In this document: positions 26,812 through 36,140 of the stretch, piece after piece | Numbering within the stretch: position 1 is the stretch's first letter | Layout: every line of letters begins with the position of its first letter | From: Candidatus Shapirobacteria bacterium | GTDB taxonomy: Bacteria > Patescibacteriota > Microgenomatia > UBA12405 > UBA6130 | NCBI GenBank assembly: GCA_027039485.1 | Contig: JALWDZ010000026.1 | Coordinates: 1,093 to 65,092, forward strand | Length of the DNA: 64,000 bases | Direction of reading: 5' to 3' | Notes under the pieces: generated by a model | What the model was told of the DNA's origin: nothing | What the model saw: only the letters and a program-made list of their open reading frames with translations | Databases searched by the model: none | Program-made: the position numbers and the translations under genes

Positions 26812-27362
26812 GGAAGGCGAACGTTAGAACTAGTAACGCCAAAATTATATGTCTCACCGGCGCATTGGTAGCCATTATTATTATACTTATTATAATCAGG
26901 GTCATGGCTATTTTCCAAAACAGAAAAAAGTTTAAAATAGGTTCCGTCCGATTGGTAGCAATAGTGAAAACTACGCCGCGGATCCTGCGGTAACCGCTTC
27001 ATATAAACAACAGTGGCGTTATTAATATTTTCCTCGAAAGCATCTCCCCAATCTAGAACTGTATTTTGGGGACAATGGCGGTTAACAACAATTTTACCTG
27101 TCTCTTGGCCAGAACAATCAGTGCTTAAGGGGTAAGAGCGGTGATCGTTATAATACATTTCTAAGGCTCGGGCAATATTACTTAAGTCTGCCTTCCGTTG
27201 GGCATCGCGTGCTTTCTGCTGGCTAGTATGGTACTGACCAAAGCCAATGCTTGCCAAAATACCCAAAATAGCCATCACCACCAACAGTTCTATTAAAGTA
27301 AACCCTCTCCTCATTTTTTTATTGACCACAAGTGGCATCATAACAACAAGCGGTGCCCTCAC
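26808..27362 (-). CDS. type IV pilin (tandem paralog 4)
   Basis: RRGFTLIELLVVMAILGILASIG, then QKARDAQRKADLSNIARALEMYYNDHRSYP. Confidence 0.7.
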   Translation of the reverse strand: MRAPLVVMMPLVVNKKMRRGFTLIELLVVMAILGILASIGFGQYHTSQQKARDAQRKADLSNIARALEMYYNDHRSYPLSTDCSGQETGKIVVNRHCPQNTVLDWGDAFEENINNATVVYMKRLPQDPRRSFHYCYQSDGTYFKLFSVLENSHDPDYNKYNNNGYQCAGETYNFGVTSSNVRLP

Positions 27363-28026
27363 TATTACATCTATACTCTACACCAGGACAACAAGTCGAG
27401 CAAGTATCTGGCAAGCAGTAATGGTTATTTTCTCCCCCGCAAGTTGGCAAATAACATCCTGAGGGGAGGGTTGGGACAGGCGTGGGGGTAAGCATTTTTG
27501 TCGGTACAGGCGTGTTTGTTGGTTTATTGTTGACTTGCCCTGGGGGAGTAATATTGGGACTTGCTAAACCATAGGTATACTCTTGACCGTCTACTTGGCA
27601 ACCATCAGCGCAATATTCTTTTGGCCTAGGATAAGCCAAATTGGCATAAATAGCGAACCAGGTAGGACAATCGTTATCCTCAACGACAATTTTATAAGGT
27701 TGATGGCTTTGGGGATCACAGGGAACGATGTCTAACCAGGGGCGAAAATCATGGCTGTCGCAATGTTGCAACTTAACTAAATCCTCGCCATGAGGATAAC
27801 AACCATTGTCATTATAATAATCCTCCATGGCTCGTTGTAATTCGTGCAAATCGCGGCGCCGGCGGCCGTCATCAGCTTTACGAATTTGGGCTAAATAATT
27901 CATCAAAAAGATAATGGCCAAAATAACAATAATGGCCATTGCTATTAAAATTTCTACCAGAGTTACTCCTTGTTGGTTGCCTTTTGCTACCATGGCAGCA
28001 ATTTTAAAATATAATCGCCCCACCAC
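27319..28026 (-). CDS. type IV pilin-like protein with Thr/Pro linker and Cys-rich C-terminal module
   Basis: GVTLVEILIAMAIIVIL, then RKADDGRRRRDLHELQRAMEDYYNDNGCYP. Next a TPVPTKMLTPTPVPTLP linker, and an about 45 aa tail with 11 Cys. Confidence 0.6.
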   Translation of the reverse strand: MVGRLYFKIAAMVAKGNQQGVTLVEILIAMAIIVILAIIFLMNYLAQIRKADDGRRRRDLHELQRAMEDYYNDNGCYPHGEDLVKLQHCDSHDFRPWLDIVPCDPQSHQPYKIVVEDNDCPTWFAIYANLAYPRPKEYCADGCQVDGQEYTYGLASPNITPPGQVNNKPTNTPVPTKMLTPTPVPTLPSGCYLPTCGGENNHYCLPDTCSTCCPGVEYRCNSEGTACCYDATCGQ

Positions 28027-28742
28027 CAGCTAATTAGAGCGGCGGCAACTAGAAACGGCCCAAAAGCAACTGCCGTTTTCCAATGGGCTCGGCGTCGCCA
28101 GAGAAGGAACCCGGCCCACAGCCCTCCGGCCAAAAAAGCTAGATAAAACAAAAATAGGAGGCGCTGCCAACCCAACCAAAGGCCAAGGACAAAAACTAAC
28201 TTAGCATCACCCAACCCCATTCCTTTTCGACCAGTAATCAGATAAAGGAAAAGAAAGAAGAAAAGCCCGCCAAAAGCAGCTAAAAAGTCCAACCGGGGGA
28301 GGAAAAGCACCAAAACCAGCAGGGAAAGGAGAAAAACATCGGGAATAATTTGGTAATGAGCGTCAAAAAAGAAAATGGCTAAGAGAAACCAAACCAAAAG
28401 CAAATACATTCCCAGCCACGGCCAGGCTAAATTTTGCTGCCGCCACCAAACAAAAGTAGCCAAAAACAATAGACCGCCTAAAAGTTCTAGAATAAACCAC
28501 TCGGGATTTACTTTAGCCCCGCAGGTCCGGCACCGGCCGCGCAACAAAAGGAAAGATAAAAGAGGGATATTTTCCCACCAAGCTAACTGGCGATTACAAT
28601 TGTCGCAGTGGGAACGGCCCCACAAATCCAACCCTCCCTTTTGGGGATAACGACTAATTAAAACACCCAAAAAGCTCCCCCCGCTCGCCCCAAGAGCAAA
28701 CAGGAGGAGCTCCCAAAATATCATCTTTACTGGGGCACACAT
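27987..28742 (-). CDS. pilD: prepilin peptidase (A24 family)
   Basis: N-terminal Zn-binding CDNC...CRTCGA, catalytic GMGLGDAKL motif, about 7 TM. Confidence 0.8.
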   Translation of the reverse strand: MCAPVKMIFWELLLFALGASGGSFLGVLISRYPQKGGLDLWGRSHCDNCNRQLAWWENIPLLSFLLLRGRCRTCGAKVNPEWFILELLGGLLFLATFVWWRQQNLAWPWLGMYLLLVWFLLAIFFFDAHYQIIPDVFLLSLLVLVLFLPRLDFLAAFGGLFFFLFLYLITGRKGMGLGDAKLVFVLGLWLGWQRLLFLFYLAFLAGGLWAGFLLWRRRAHWKTAVAFGPFLVAAALISWWWGDYILKLLPW

Positions 28743-29383
28743 TTAAACAATGAATTTGTTCTGTCTGTCCAAGTAGCACTATCTATTTGGCTCTGACTGG
28801 TAACTGCGGTAATCTGGGTTGGCACCCCATCGGCGGTAGTGATGCCCAAATCCTTAAGCTTTGAACTTAGTTTTCTGTTTGCCTTTGCTTTAGGAATAAA
28901 GCAAACATAAACGGCTCCGCCATTGCCTGCTTCTTTAAAAAGATAGAGTCTATTCAAATCACTCCTGATATTATCGGCAAAAGGATCCTTTTGGGCAAAA
29001 GAGGCCTTTAATTCATCCGTCTTTATCAACTCTCCATAATTGCCATTAGCATCCTTGCAGCTGGAAACTTCAGCATTATAAGAACTGCCCGCACAAACAC
29101 CAAAGCCCGGCATTTTGCTCGTTAAACCCAAAACCTGGGACTCGTCAGCTCCATTGCCTTCGCCCCAAACTTCATCATCCCACGGATAATATTCTTGGGA
29201 AGCATAGTACCGCTCCAAGGCGCTCAAAACTTCGGCGGCATCATTTTGAAATTTCGCATCCCGAGCCTTATTGGTTTGTTCTACTGGATTTAAAGTAGAA
29301 AGAACCGCCACCGACAAAATAGCAATTAAGGAAATAACAATCAATAACTCAACTAGAGTAAAACCTTGTTTCAGTTGTTTCAT
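28727..29383 (-). CDS. pilA: type IV pilin, candidate major pilin (immediately downstream of pilC)
   Basis: KQGFTLVELLIVISLIAILSVAVL, then NKARDAKFQNDAAEVLSALERYYAS, 218 aa. Confidence 0.65.
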   Translation of the reverse strand: MKQLKQGFTLVELLIVISLIAILSVAVLSTLNPVEQTNKARDAKFQNDAAEVLSALERYYASQEYYPWDDEVWGEGNGADESQVLGLTSKMPGFGVCAGSSYNAEVSSCKDANGNYGELIKTDELKASFAQKDPFADNIRSDLNRLYLFKEAGNGGAVYVCFIPKAKANRKLSSKLKDLGITTADGVPTQITAVTSQSQIDSATWTDRTNSLFKCVPQ

Positions 29384-29399
29384 CTTTTCACCCCCTTTC

Positions 29400-30602
29400 C
29401 TAAAATTGGCTGGTTAAGTTATAAATTGGCATAATCACGGCAAAAACTAAAAAGCCAACTCCAATACCTAACACTATCATGATAAGTGGCTCAATAGCAC
29501 TTGTCAAGGTTTTAACCCGTTGATCAGCTTCTATTTCAAAAAAATGAGCCAGGCGGAAAAGAATGGTATCCAATTTGCCTGTCTGTTCGCCGGTGGCAAC
29601 CATTTCTACCAGAATATCGGGGAAAATCATTTGTTCCCGCAACGACTCAGAAAGAGGAAAGCCCTTCTCGATCCGTTGGTCGACCCGTTCAAGAGCTTTC
29701 TGGTAAACCATATTACCGGCGGCTCGACTAATAGTTGCCACCCCATCTACCAAAGGCACCCCGGTATTAACCATCATCCCTAAAGTCCGGGTAAGATTGG
29801 TAAGAAGAGTGGCTTGCAAGAGAGGGCCTAAAATGGGTATCCGCAATTTTATTTCATCATACCGATAGCGCATCTCTGGTTGGCGCATTAAAACCTTCCC
29901 GGCCACCACTCCCGCCACTGCCAAGAAAGGTAAAAGCCAAACCAAAACGCCGCTTAAGCTGGCAATATCCATCAAGACGCGCGTTTCCCAAGGCAGTTGG
30001 GTATTAAATTCATTGTAAAGATTGGCCATCTTAGGAATGACAAAAGTTACCACAATAAAAATAACCCCTCCCATACCCACCAAAATAATCGCTGGATAAA
30101 TCATTGCCCCTTTTACCTTAGCCAAAAATTCTTGCCGTTTTTCCAAAGTATCCGCCAATTGCGTGAGCACCTTTTCTAAAACCCCAGCTTCCTCGCCGGC
30201 ACTGACTGAAGCAATGTAAATATCGCCAAATACCTCGCGATGCTTTTTTAGGGCCGCCGTAAAAGAGGAACCACCCTCGATATCGCGGAGAAGATCGCCA
30301 ATAACCAACTGCAACTTGCCGCTTTCCTGTTTTTCCAGTAAGGACAACGCTTCAGTCAATGGCAACCCGGCCTCAATCATCGTTGCCAGTCGGCGAGTAA
30401 AGGAGGCTACCTGCCCTCCCGAGACCCGGCTAAAGTGAAGGCGCAGCTTTTGCCAAAACGAAAGCTGATAAGGTTTAATGTCAACTAAAACCAAGCGGCG
30501 CTTTTTTACCAAAGAAATTGCTTCCCGCAAGTTGCGCGCCTCTACCAAGCCTTTATTGACTTTGCCTTGCCAATCTCGGGCTCGAAAAACGTATTTTTTC
30601 AT
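29400..30602 (-). CDS. pilC: type IV pilus inner-membrane platform protein PilC (GspF family)
   Basis: Two GspF repeats, 3 TM blocks, 400 aa. Confidence 0.85.
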   Translation of the reverse strand: MKKYVFRARDWQGKVNKGLVEARNLREAISLVKKRRLVLVDIKPYQLSFWQKLRLHFSRVSGGQVASFTRRLATMIEAGLPLTEALSLLEKQESGKLQLVIGDLLRDIEGGSSFTAALKKHREVFGDIYIASVSAGEEAGVLEKVLTQLADTLEKRQEFLAKVKGAMIYPAIILVGMGGVIFIVVTFVIPKMANLYNEFNTQLPWETRVLMDIASLSGVLVWLLPFLAVAGVVAGKVLMRQPEMRYRYDEIKLRIPILGPLLQATLLTNLTRTLGMMVNTGVPLVDGVATISRAAGNMVYQKALERVDQRIEKGFPLSESLREQMIFPDILVEMVATGEQTGKLDTILFRLAHFFEIEADQRVKTLTSAIEPLIMIVLGIGVGFLVFAVIMPIYNLTSQF

Positions 30603-30604
30603 TT

Positions 30605-31693
30605 TTACTCCGGTTTTATTATCGGCTGGCGGCGCTGCTGCTGTAAACTGCGCATTAATTCCTTAGGCCGGATAGCATATTCTTTGGCCACTTCAAGGCT
30701 AACGACCCCCTTATTAACCCAACTCGCCAAAGAAGTTTCCAAGAGGCGCATCCCCACTTCAGCTGAAGTTTGGATAATATTGTCAATCATATGGGTTTTA
30801 TCCTCACGGATAGCCGTCTGGACAGCGTGGTTATTTAGAAGAAGTTCAATGGCCGGCACCCGCCCCGGCTTGATGGTTGGAATTAGGCGCTGGGAAATAA
30901 CCGCCAAAAGGCTGTTGGCCAATTGCATTCGCACTTGGGCCTTAGCTCCGGTCGGAAAAACATCAACAATCCGGTCAATTGTCTCCGCTGCCGAATTAGT
31001 GTGCAAGGTAGAAAAAACCAGATGGCCAGTTTCGGCTACTGTCAAAGCAGCTTTAATCGTTTCCAAATCGCGCATTTCGCCAATCAAAACTACATTAGGG
31101 TCTTCGCGCAAAGCTGAGCGGAGGGCATTGGTCCAGCTGAGAGTATCGGAGCCAATTTCTCGCTGGGAGAAAACCGACTTTATGTCTTTGAAAAAATACT
31201 CAATGGGGTCTTCAATCGTCACAATATGCTCGGCCCGCGTTTCGTTAATCTCCCCCAACATAGCGGCTAGAGTGGTCGACTTACCATGGCCGGTGGGCCC
31301 GGTTACCAAGACAAAGCCCTGTCGTTCCTGAGTCAGTTTCCTTAGAATTGGCGGCAAATTTAAATCGTCAAGGCGGGGAATATTGGGAGGAATCAAACGC
31401 ATCGCTATTGCCAGGGAATCGCGTTGAAAATAGAAATTGACTCGAAAGCGCGCCTGGTCTTGAAAGACATAAGAAGAATCCATTTCCCGCTTGTCAAGAA
31501 GTTCCTGATATCTCTTCTCGCCCAACATCACCTTGGCCATGGCCATAATCTCCTCCTTGGCCATCGGCGTACCCTCGGGCAAACTAAAAAGCTGGCCATT
31601 AACCCGCAACAGGGGCCGCGCTCCTGCCAAAAGGTGGACATCTGAAGCCTTGTCCTTCACCGCCAGCGAGAGAATAGCTGCTAACTTATCCAT
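30605..31693 (-). CDS. pilT: twitching-motility retraction ATPase PilT
   Basis: Walker A GPTGHGKSTT, Asp box, His box, 362 aa, no N-terminal GSPII domains. Confidence 0.85.
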   Translation of the reverse strand: MDKLAAILSLAVKDKASDVHLLAGARPLLRVNGQLFSLPEGTPMAKEEIMAMAKVMLGEKRYQELLDKREMDSSYVFQDQARFRVNFYFQRDSLAIAMRLIPPNIPRLDDLNLPPILRKLTQERQGFVLVTGPTGHGKSTTLAAMLGEINETRAEHIVTIEDPIEYFFKDIKSVFSQREIGSDTLSWTNALRSALREDPNVVLIGEMRDLETIKAALTVAETGHLVFSTLHTNSAAETIDRIVDVFPTGAKAQVRMQLANSLLAVISQRLIPTIKPGRVPAIELLLNNHAVQTAIREDKTHMIDNIIQTSAEVGMRLLETSLASWVNKGVVSLEVAKEYAIRPKELMRSLQQQRRQPIIKPE

Positions 31694-31694
31694 G

Positions 31695-33479
31695 CTAATA
31701 TTTAGCCACCCGGAGAACTTCCTCCACGGTGGTAATACCCTCTAACGCCTTCAAATAGCCATCCTGCATCATCGTTACCATGCCCTCCTTTACAGCCGCT
31801 TTTTTAATTTCCTCGGCCGGCGCTTGTTTAAGGATAAGCTGCATAATTGCATTAGTCACCGGCAAAGTCTCAAAAATCCCAATTCGACCGTAATAGCCGG
31901 TAAAGTTGCACCCCTGGCAGCCTTTGCCGCGGTAAAGCTTTGGTTGGTCACCGGCTTTGGGGGGCCAAAGCGGGCCAAGCACTTTTTTCATTCCTTCAAC
32001 CACTTTTTCTGGCGGCTGGTAACTTTCCTTACAGTCATTATGGATCCGGCGGACAATCCGTTGGGCAACCACTGCGTTCAAAGCAGAAACTAGCAAAAAG
32101 GGCTCAACCCCCATATCAATTAACCGTGGCGCAGCTCCGGCAGCATCGTTAGTATGTAGTGTCGAAAAAACCAAGTGGCCAGTAAGGGCTGCCTCAACCG
32201 CCAGTTCAGCCGTCTCTTTATCGCGAATCTCGCCAACCATAATAATATCCGGATCCTGGCGCAAAAACGAACGCAGGGCCGACGCAAAAGTAAGCCCCGC
32301 CTGGGGATTTACCTGGACCTGGTTAACCCCTTTGATGTGGTATTCAACCGGATCTTCGATAGTCATCACGTTAACTTTGGTAGTGTTAATCTTAGAAAGA
32401 ACTGAATAAAGAGTAGTCGTTTTCCCGGCTCCAGTTGGACCGCAGACCACAATCATTCCGTGGGGGCGGCTAATGGCCTCTTGCAAATCGCGGAGTGTTT
32501 TCCCCCGCAAACCTAATTCTGGCAAGTCGGGAATTTTTTGCGTTTTCTTCAAAAGCCGCATAACTACCTTTTCGCCATAGACAGTCGGTGCTGTCGAAAC
32601 CCGGACGTCGATTTCCTGCCCATCACTGCGAAAAGTAAAGCGCCCATCCTGGGGCACCCGCTTTTCATCGATTTTCATATCGGCCAAAATTTTAATTCGG
32701 GAAACAACGGCATCATGGATCCGCCGCGGCAAAATAAGTTTCTCTTGCAAAATGCCGTCAATGCGGTAACGGACCCGGGTATCGCCCTCTTGGGGTTCAA
32801 TATGAATATCCGAAGCCCGGGCCTTGACCGCAAATTGCAAAATTGTCGAAACAACCTTGGCAATTGGCGCCTCGTGGATAATATTCTCCAGATGGTTAAC
32901 ATCCAAGACATTCTTTTGATAAGTTTTAGCCGTTTCCCCTAGGGCCTTAGTCACCTCGGCGGTAATTTCCTGGTTATAATGTTCGTCGATTGTCTCCTGG
33001 ATAAGCTTTTTATCAGCCAGGTAAGGCTCTATTTTTAAGCCTGTTTTCTTTTCCAAAAACTCCACCGTCTCCAAATCTAAAGGATTGGCCATAGCCACCG
33101 CCAGCTTTTTCTCTTTAGGGTCATAACGAAAGGGCACCACCAGATAATACTCGGCCACGCTTCGGGGAATAAAAGTAATGCTTTGGGGATCGAAAGCAAT
33201 TTCTTCTAAATCAGCATAGGGAACGCCCAAAAACTTCGCCTTAGCAGCTAGCAATTTCTTGGTGGGGATTAGATTTTCTTCATGAATAATATCTTCCACA
33301 TTCTTGCCGGTTTGAATTGCCTTTAGTTGAATATTTTTTACCTGGGCTGGCGAGAGCAGCTTCTCCTGGGCCAGAACGTCCAAAAGCGAGTGGGGCAGTT
33401 TTGTTTCTTCCATCACTTCCATTATAAACAAAATAAATCCCAAATCACAAGCACCCTGCCCCGACGGACGTCGGGGCAA
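31695..33479 (-). CDS. pilB: type IV pilus assembly ATPase PilB (GspE family)
   Basis: N-terminal GSPII domain, Walker A GPTGAGKTTT, tetracysteine CQGC..., 594 aa. Confidence 0.9.
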   Translation of the reverse strand: MPRRPSGQGACDLGFILFIMEVMEETKLPHSLLDVLAQEKLLSPAQVKNIQLKAIQTGKNVEDIIHEENLIPTKKLLAAKAKFLGVPYADLEEIAFDPQSITFIPRSVAEYYLVVPFRYDPKEKKLAVAMANPLDLETVEFLEKKTGLKIEPYLADKKLIQETIDEHYNQEITAEVTKALGETAKTYQKNVLDVNHLENIIHEAPIAKVVSTILQFAVKARASDIHIEPQEGDTRVRYRIDGILQEKLILPRRIHDAVVSRIKILADMKIDEKRVPQDGRFTFRSDGQEIDVRVSTAPTVYGEKVVMRLLKKTQKIPDLPELGLRGKTLRDLQEAISRPHGMIVVCGPTGAGKTTTLYSVLSKINTTKVNVMTIEDPVEYHIKGVNQVQVNPQAGLTFASALRSFLRQDPDIIMVGEIRDKETAELAVEAALTGHLVFSTLHTNDAAGAAPRLIDMGVEPFLLVSALNAVVAQRIVRRIHNDCKESYQPPEKVVEGMKKVLGPLWPPKAGDQPKLYRGKGCQGCNFTGYYGRIGIFETLPVTNAIMQLILKQAPAEEIKKAAVKEGMVTMMQDGYLKALEGITTVEEVLRVAKY

Positions 33480-33930
33480 ATTCTAATTACCAAAATCCTA
33501 ATCCGCCAGCTGGCGGACTAAACAAATTCAAATGACCAAAATTCAAATGCTCAAAAACATTGAAACTGTGTCATTCTGAGCGTTAGCGAAGCCCCAGGAC
33601 GTTCCGCCAGCTGGCAGAGTCGGGGTAAAAATCTAGCGAAGCGCATTAATCCCACACCTGACTAACTCTCATGCGCTCGCTCCGCTCGCTAGATCTTTAC
33701 CCCTACCGAAGGTGGATTTATTCCACCGAAGGGGGGCTTCGTCGCTTCGCTCCTCAGGATGACAAGGGGAGATGTCTTTTGTTTTGGTCATTTGATCATT
33801 AGGTAATTTGGTTATTGTTTAGGATTTGGGTCATTAGGATTTAGGATTTTGCTCAACCTAGTTCCTAGCTCCATTTGAACTTTTCACTTTCCCCTTCTTT
33901 CTCACTTTTCACTTTTCACTTAAACTTTTC
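33478..33930. repeat. nested-palindrome MITE/REPIN-like element, longest copy, core present as an inverted duplication
   Basis: Arms aaattctaattaccaaaatcctaatc.../...ggatttgggtcattaggatttaggatttt. Internal 230-nt imperfect hairpin built from two inverted copies of gtcatYctgag...gaagcccc...ggggtaaaRatctagcga. 3' cctag/cactttt tract. Confidence 0.8.
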
Positions 33931-35037
33931 ATATAGCTCTTCCACTTTTTCTTTGAATTCCCGGCGGAAGCGGGCCTCGTCAAACTGTTCTGCTTGTCGG
34001 CGGCAGGCTGCCGGTTGGTAATGCCACTTTCGGAAACGCCGCAAAGTTTTTACCAAAACCTCAACCGTCGCCGGCCCAAAAAACAGGCCTGTTTTCCCGG
34101 CAACCACCGTTTCCCGCGCCCCTCCCCCATCATAGGCAATAACCGGCCGGCCGCTGGCCTGGGCTTCTAAACTCACCAAGCCAAAGTCTTCCTCCTGGGG
34201 CATGATGAGTGCCTGTGCCTGCCGATAAAGCTGCTTTAATTGGCTTTCGCTTACCTTGCCCCAGAATTTAATATTTTTCTTGGCCTTCTTCATTAATTTT
34301 TTTTGCGCCCGCCCTTCGCCGACAATCCACAACGGCCAACCCAGGCGGTTAAAAGCTTCAACTGCCAGTTCAACTCGCTTGTACTCCACTAAACGGCTCA
34401 CTACCAAAAAGGGGGCATCCTTGTCAGCTGGTTTTGGGGCCATCTTGAAACGGCGATAATTAATGCCCGGATAAACAACTTCACTCGGCCGCTGATAATA
34501 ATGCCAAACCCGTTCGGCTACTGTTTTCGAAATTGCCAAAATAGCGTCCGGCCGCTGGCCATAAAGCCAGTCATCCTGCCTCAAGCCTGCCAGCCAGGGA
34601 AAAAGCCGCCGCCAAGGAGTTAAATCAGGGCGCCAAAGATAGCGCGGCGGTGTCAAACAGTAATGGAGATGGAAAGTATCTGGCGGGGTGATGATTGCTT
34701 TAGCGGGCCCTGAGCTTAGGGAAATGACCAAATCAAAACTTCGAAAGGAAAAACTTTCAAAGGCATAACCCAAAAGGGGATAATACCAATAAACATGCCT
34801 TTTTGCCGCCGGGAATTTTTGCAAAAAACTAGTTTCCACCAGCCGGTGGCCCAAGAAATTTGCCTTTTCCCGATCATAAACTGCAGTAAAAATCCTTGCC
34901 TCTGGCCAAATTTTTAATAAGCTCAAAATCACCCGCTCGGCACCCCCCCAACGGTTAAGCCAGTCGTAAACCAAAGCGACCCTCACCGGAGCACCTCCCG
35001 ATAAAGACCTGCTATTCCCCGGGCCATTTTTTGCCAA
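33916..35037 (-). CDS. glycosyltransferase family 1
   Basis: LEAQASGRPVIAYDGGGARETV E-x7-E motif. Confidence 0.7.
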   Translation of the reverse strand: MAKNGPGNSRSLSGGAPVRVALVYDWLNRWGGAERVILSLLKIWPEARIFTAVYDREKANFLGHRLVETSFLQKFPAAKRHVYWYYPLLGYAFESFSFRSFDLVISLSSGPAKAIITPPDTFHLHYCLTPPRYLWRPDLTPWRRLFPWLAGLRQDDWLYGQRPDAILAISKTVAERVWHYYQRPSEVVYPGINYRRFKMAPKPADKDAPFLVVSRLVEYKRVELAVEAFNRLGWPLWIVGEGRAQKKLMKKAKKNIKFWGKVSESQLKQLYRQAQALIMPQEEDFGLVSLEAQASGRPVIAYDGGGARETVVAGKTGLFFGPATVEVLVKTLRRFRKWHYQPAACRRQAEQFDEARFRREFKEKVEELYEKFK

Positions 35038-36140
35038 CTGTAGCGTTTAGCCCACCGAAGGCCCAGCCGACGGTACTTTTGTCGTTGCTGTTCATTCAAA
35101 ATTACTTCCACTTGATGCCGCAATTCTGATGGGGAGTTGGGGTCAAAATAAAGGGCAGCCGGTCCCAAAGTTTCCGGAAGGGCCCCAGCTCGAGCGGCAA
35201 TCACCGGACAGCCACGGGCCATTGCCTCTAGCCCCGGCAAGCCAAACCCTTCTAAGCGACTAGGGAATACCAAGGCTAAAGCCTGGCGGTACAATTCTGC
35301 CAAAACGTTGTCTTCTACAAAGCCTACCAGGAGCACCTTTTTGGCCACGCCCATTCTTTGGGCTTCTTGCCAAAAACGGTCCCGAAAGACGCTTCGCGCC
35401 GCCACTACCACCAATTGGGGAGCCGCCGGCCATTCTTGCAACATTTTTAAAAGCAAAGTCGCATTCTTGTGAGGATAAAGGCTGCCAACATAGAGTAAAA
35501 ACGGCTTTTGGATGCCGTCTGGCAATTTTCCAGCTTTTCCTTTCGAAAGAATGTCAGGATCCACTCCTTCGGGGATTACCTCAATCCTGCGAACACATTG
35601 ATAATGGCGCCGCAAATCTTGGGCTGTCCACCGGCTAGGGGTAATTATTGCCTTGGCGCGGCAGACTGCCTGGCGAAAAACAAGCCGGTAACCCCAACGC
35701 TTTAGGCGATAACCCAAAAAATTGCGGGTCGTAGCCGCCTTGCCAGAAGAGTGATGCTTAATAAGGTCATGAACCGTAACTACAAAGGGCGCTGGCAAAA
35801 ATAAGGGAACATTAAAATGAAGAAAATGAACCAAGCTGGGCCGGAGGCGCCGAAGAAAAAGGGGCACTTGCCACTGTTCTCGCCAAGAGTAATGGCTGGC
35901 TGGCAAGGGATAAAAAGAATAGAAATTTTTGGTTATTTTTTTTAGATGAGGAATATCGTCTGGCTGGGCCAAAACTCCGTAACGAAACTGCCGGCTAGCC
36001 ACCTCGGGCAAAAAACGCAAAAAATTCAAGCTATAGCGCCCCAAACCAGCATGTTTAAGGTTGGCCAGCCGGCCGTCGACAATAATCAATGGCTTCATCG
36101 TTGTTTCACCCGCCAAACTCGGTATTTTTCCAATAACCAC
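34983..36140 (-). CDS. glycosyltransferase family 1
   Basis: LEAMARGCPVIAARAGALPETLG E-x7-E motif. Confidence 0.7.
   Translation of the reverse strand: MVIGKIPSLAGETTMKPLIIVDGRLANLKHAGLGRYSLNFLRFLPEVASRQFRYGVLAQPDDIPHLKKITKNFYSFYPLPASHYSWREQWQVPLFLRRLRPSLVHFLHFNVPLFLPAPFVVTVHDLIKHHSSGKAATTRNFLGYRLKRWGYRLVFRQAVCRAKAIITPSRWTAQDLRRHYQCVRRIEVIPEGVDPDILSKGKAGKLPDGIQKPFLLYVGSLYPHKNATLLLKMLQEWPAAPQLVVVAARSVFRDRFWQEAQRMGVAKKVLLVGFVEDNVLAELYRQALALVFPSRLEGFGLPGLEAMARGCPVIAARAGALPETLGPAALYFDPNSPSELRHQVEVILNEQQRQKYRRLGLRWAKRYSWQKMARGIAGLYREVLR

Noticed and set aside
33690-33760. Hammerhead-ribozyme-like CUGAGGAG...GAAG motifs in the repeat cores
   Set aside because: I could not place clean stems II and III or the GAAA and UH elements around them. 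I kept it only as a generic 'structured core' finding.
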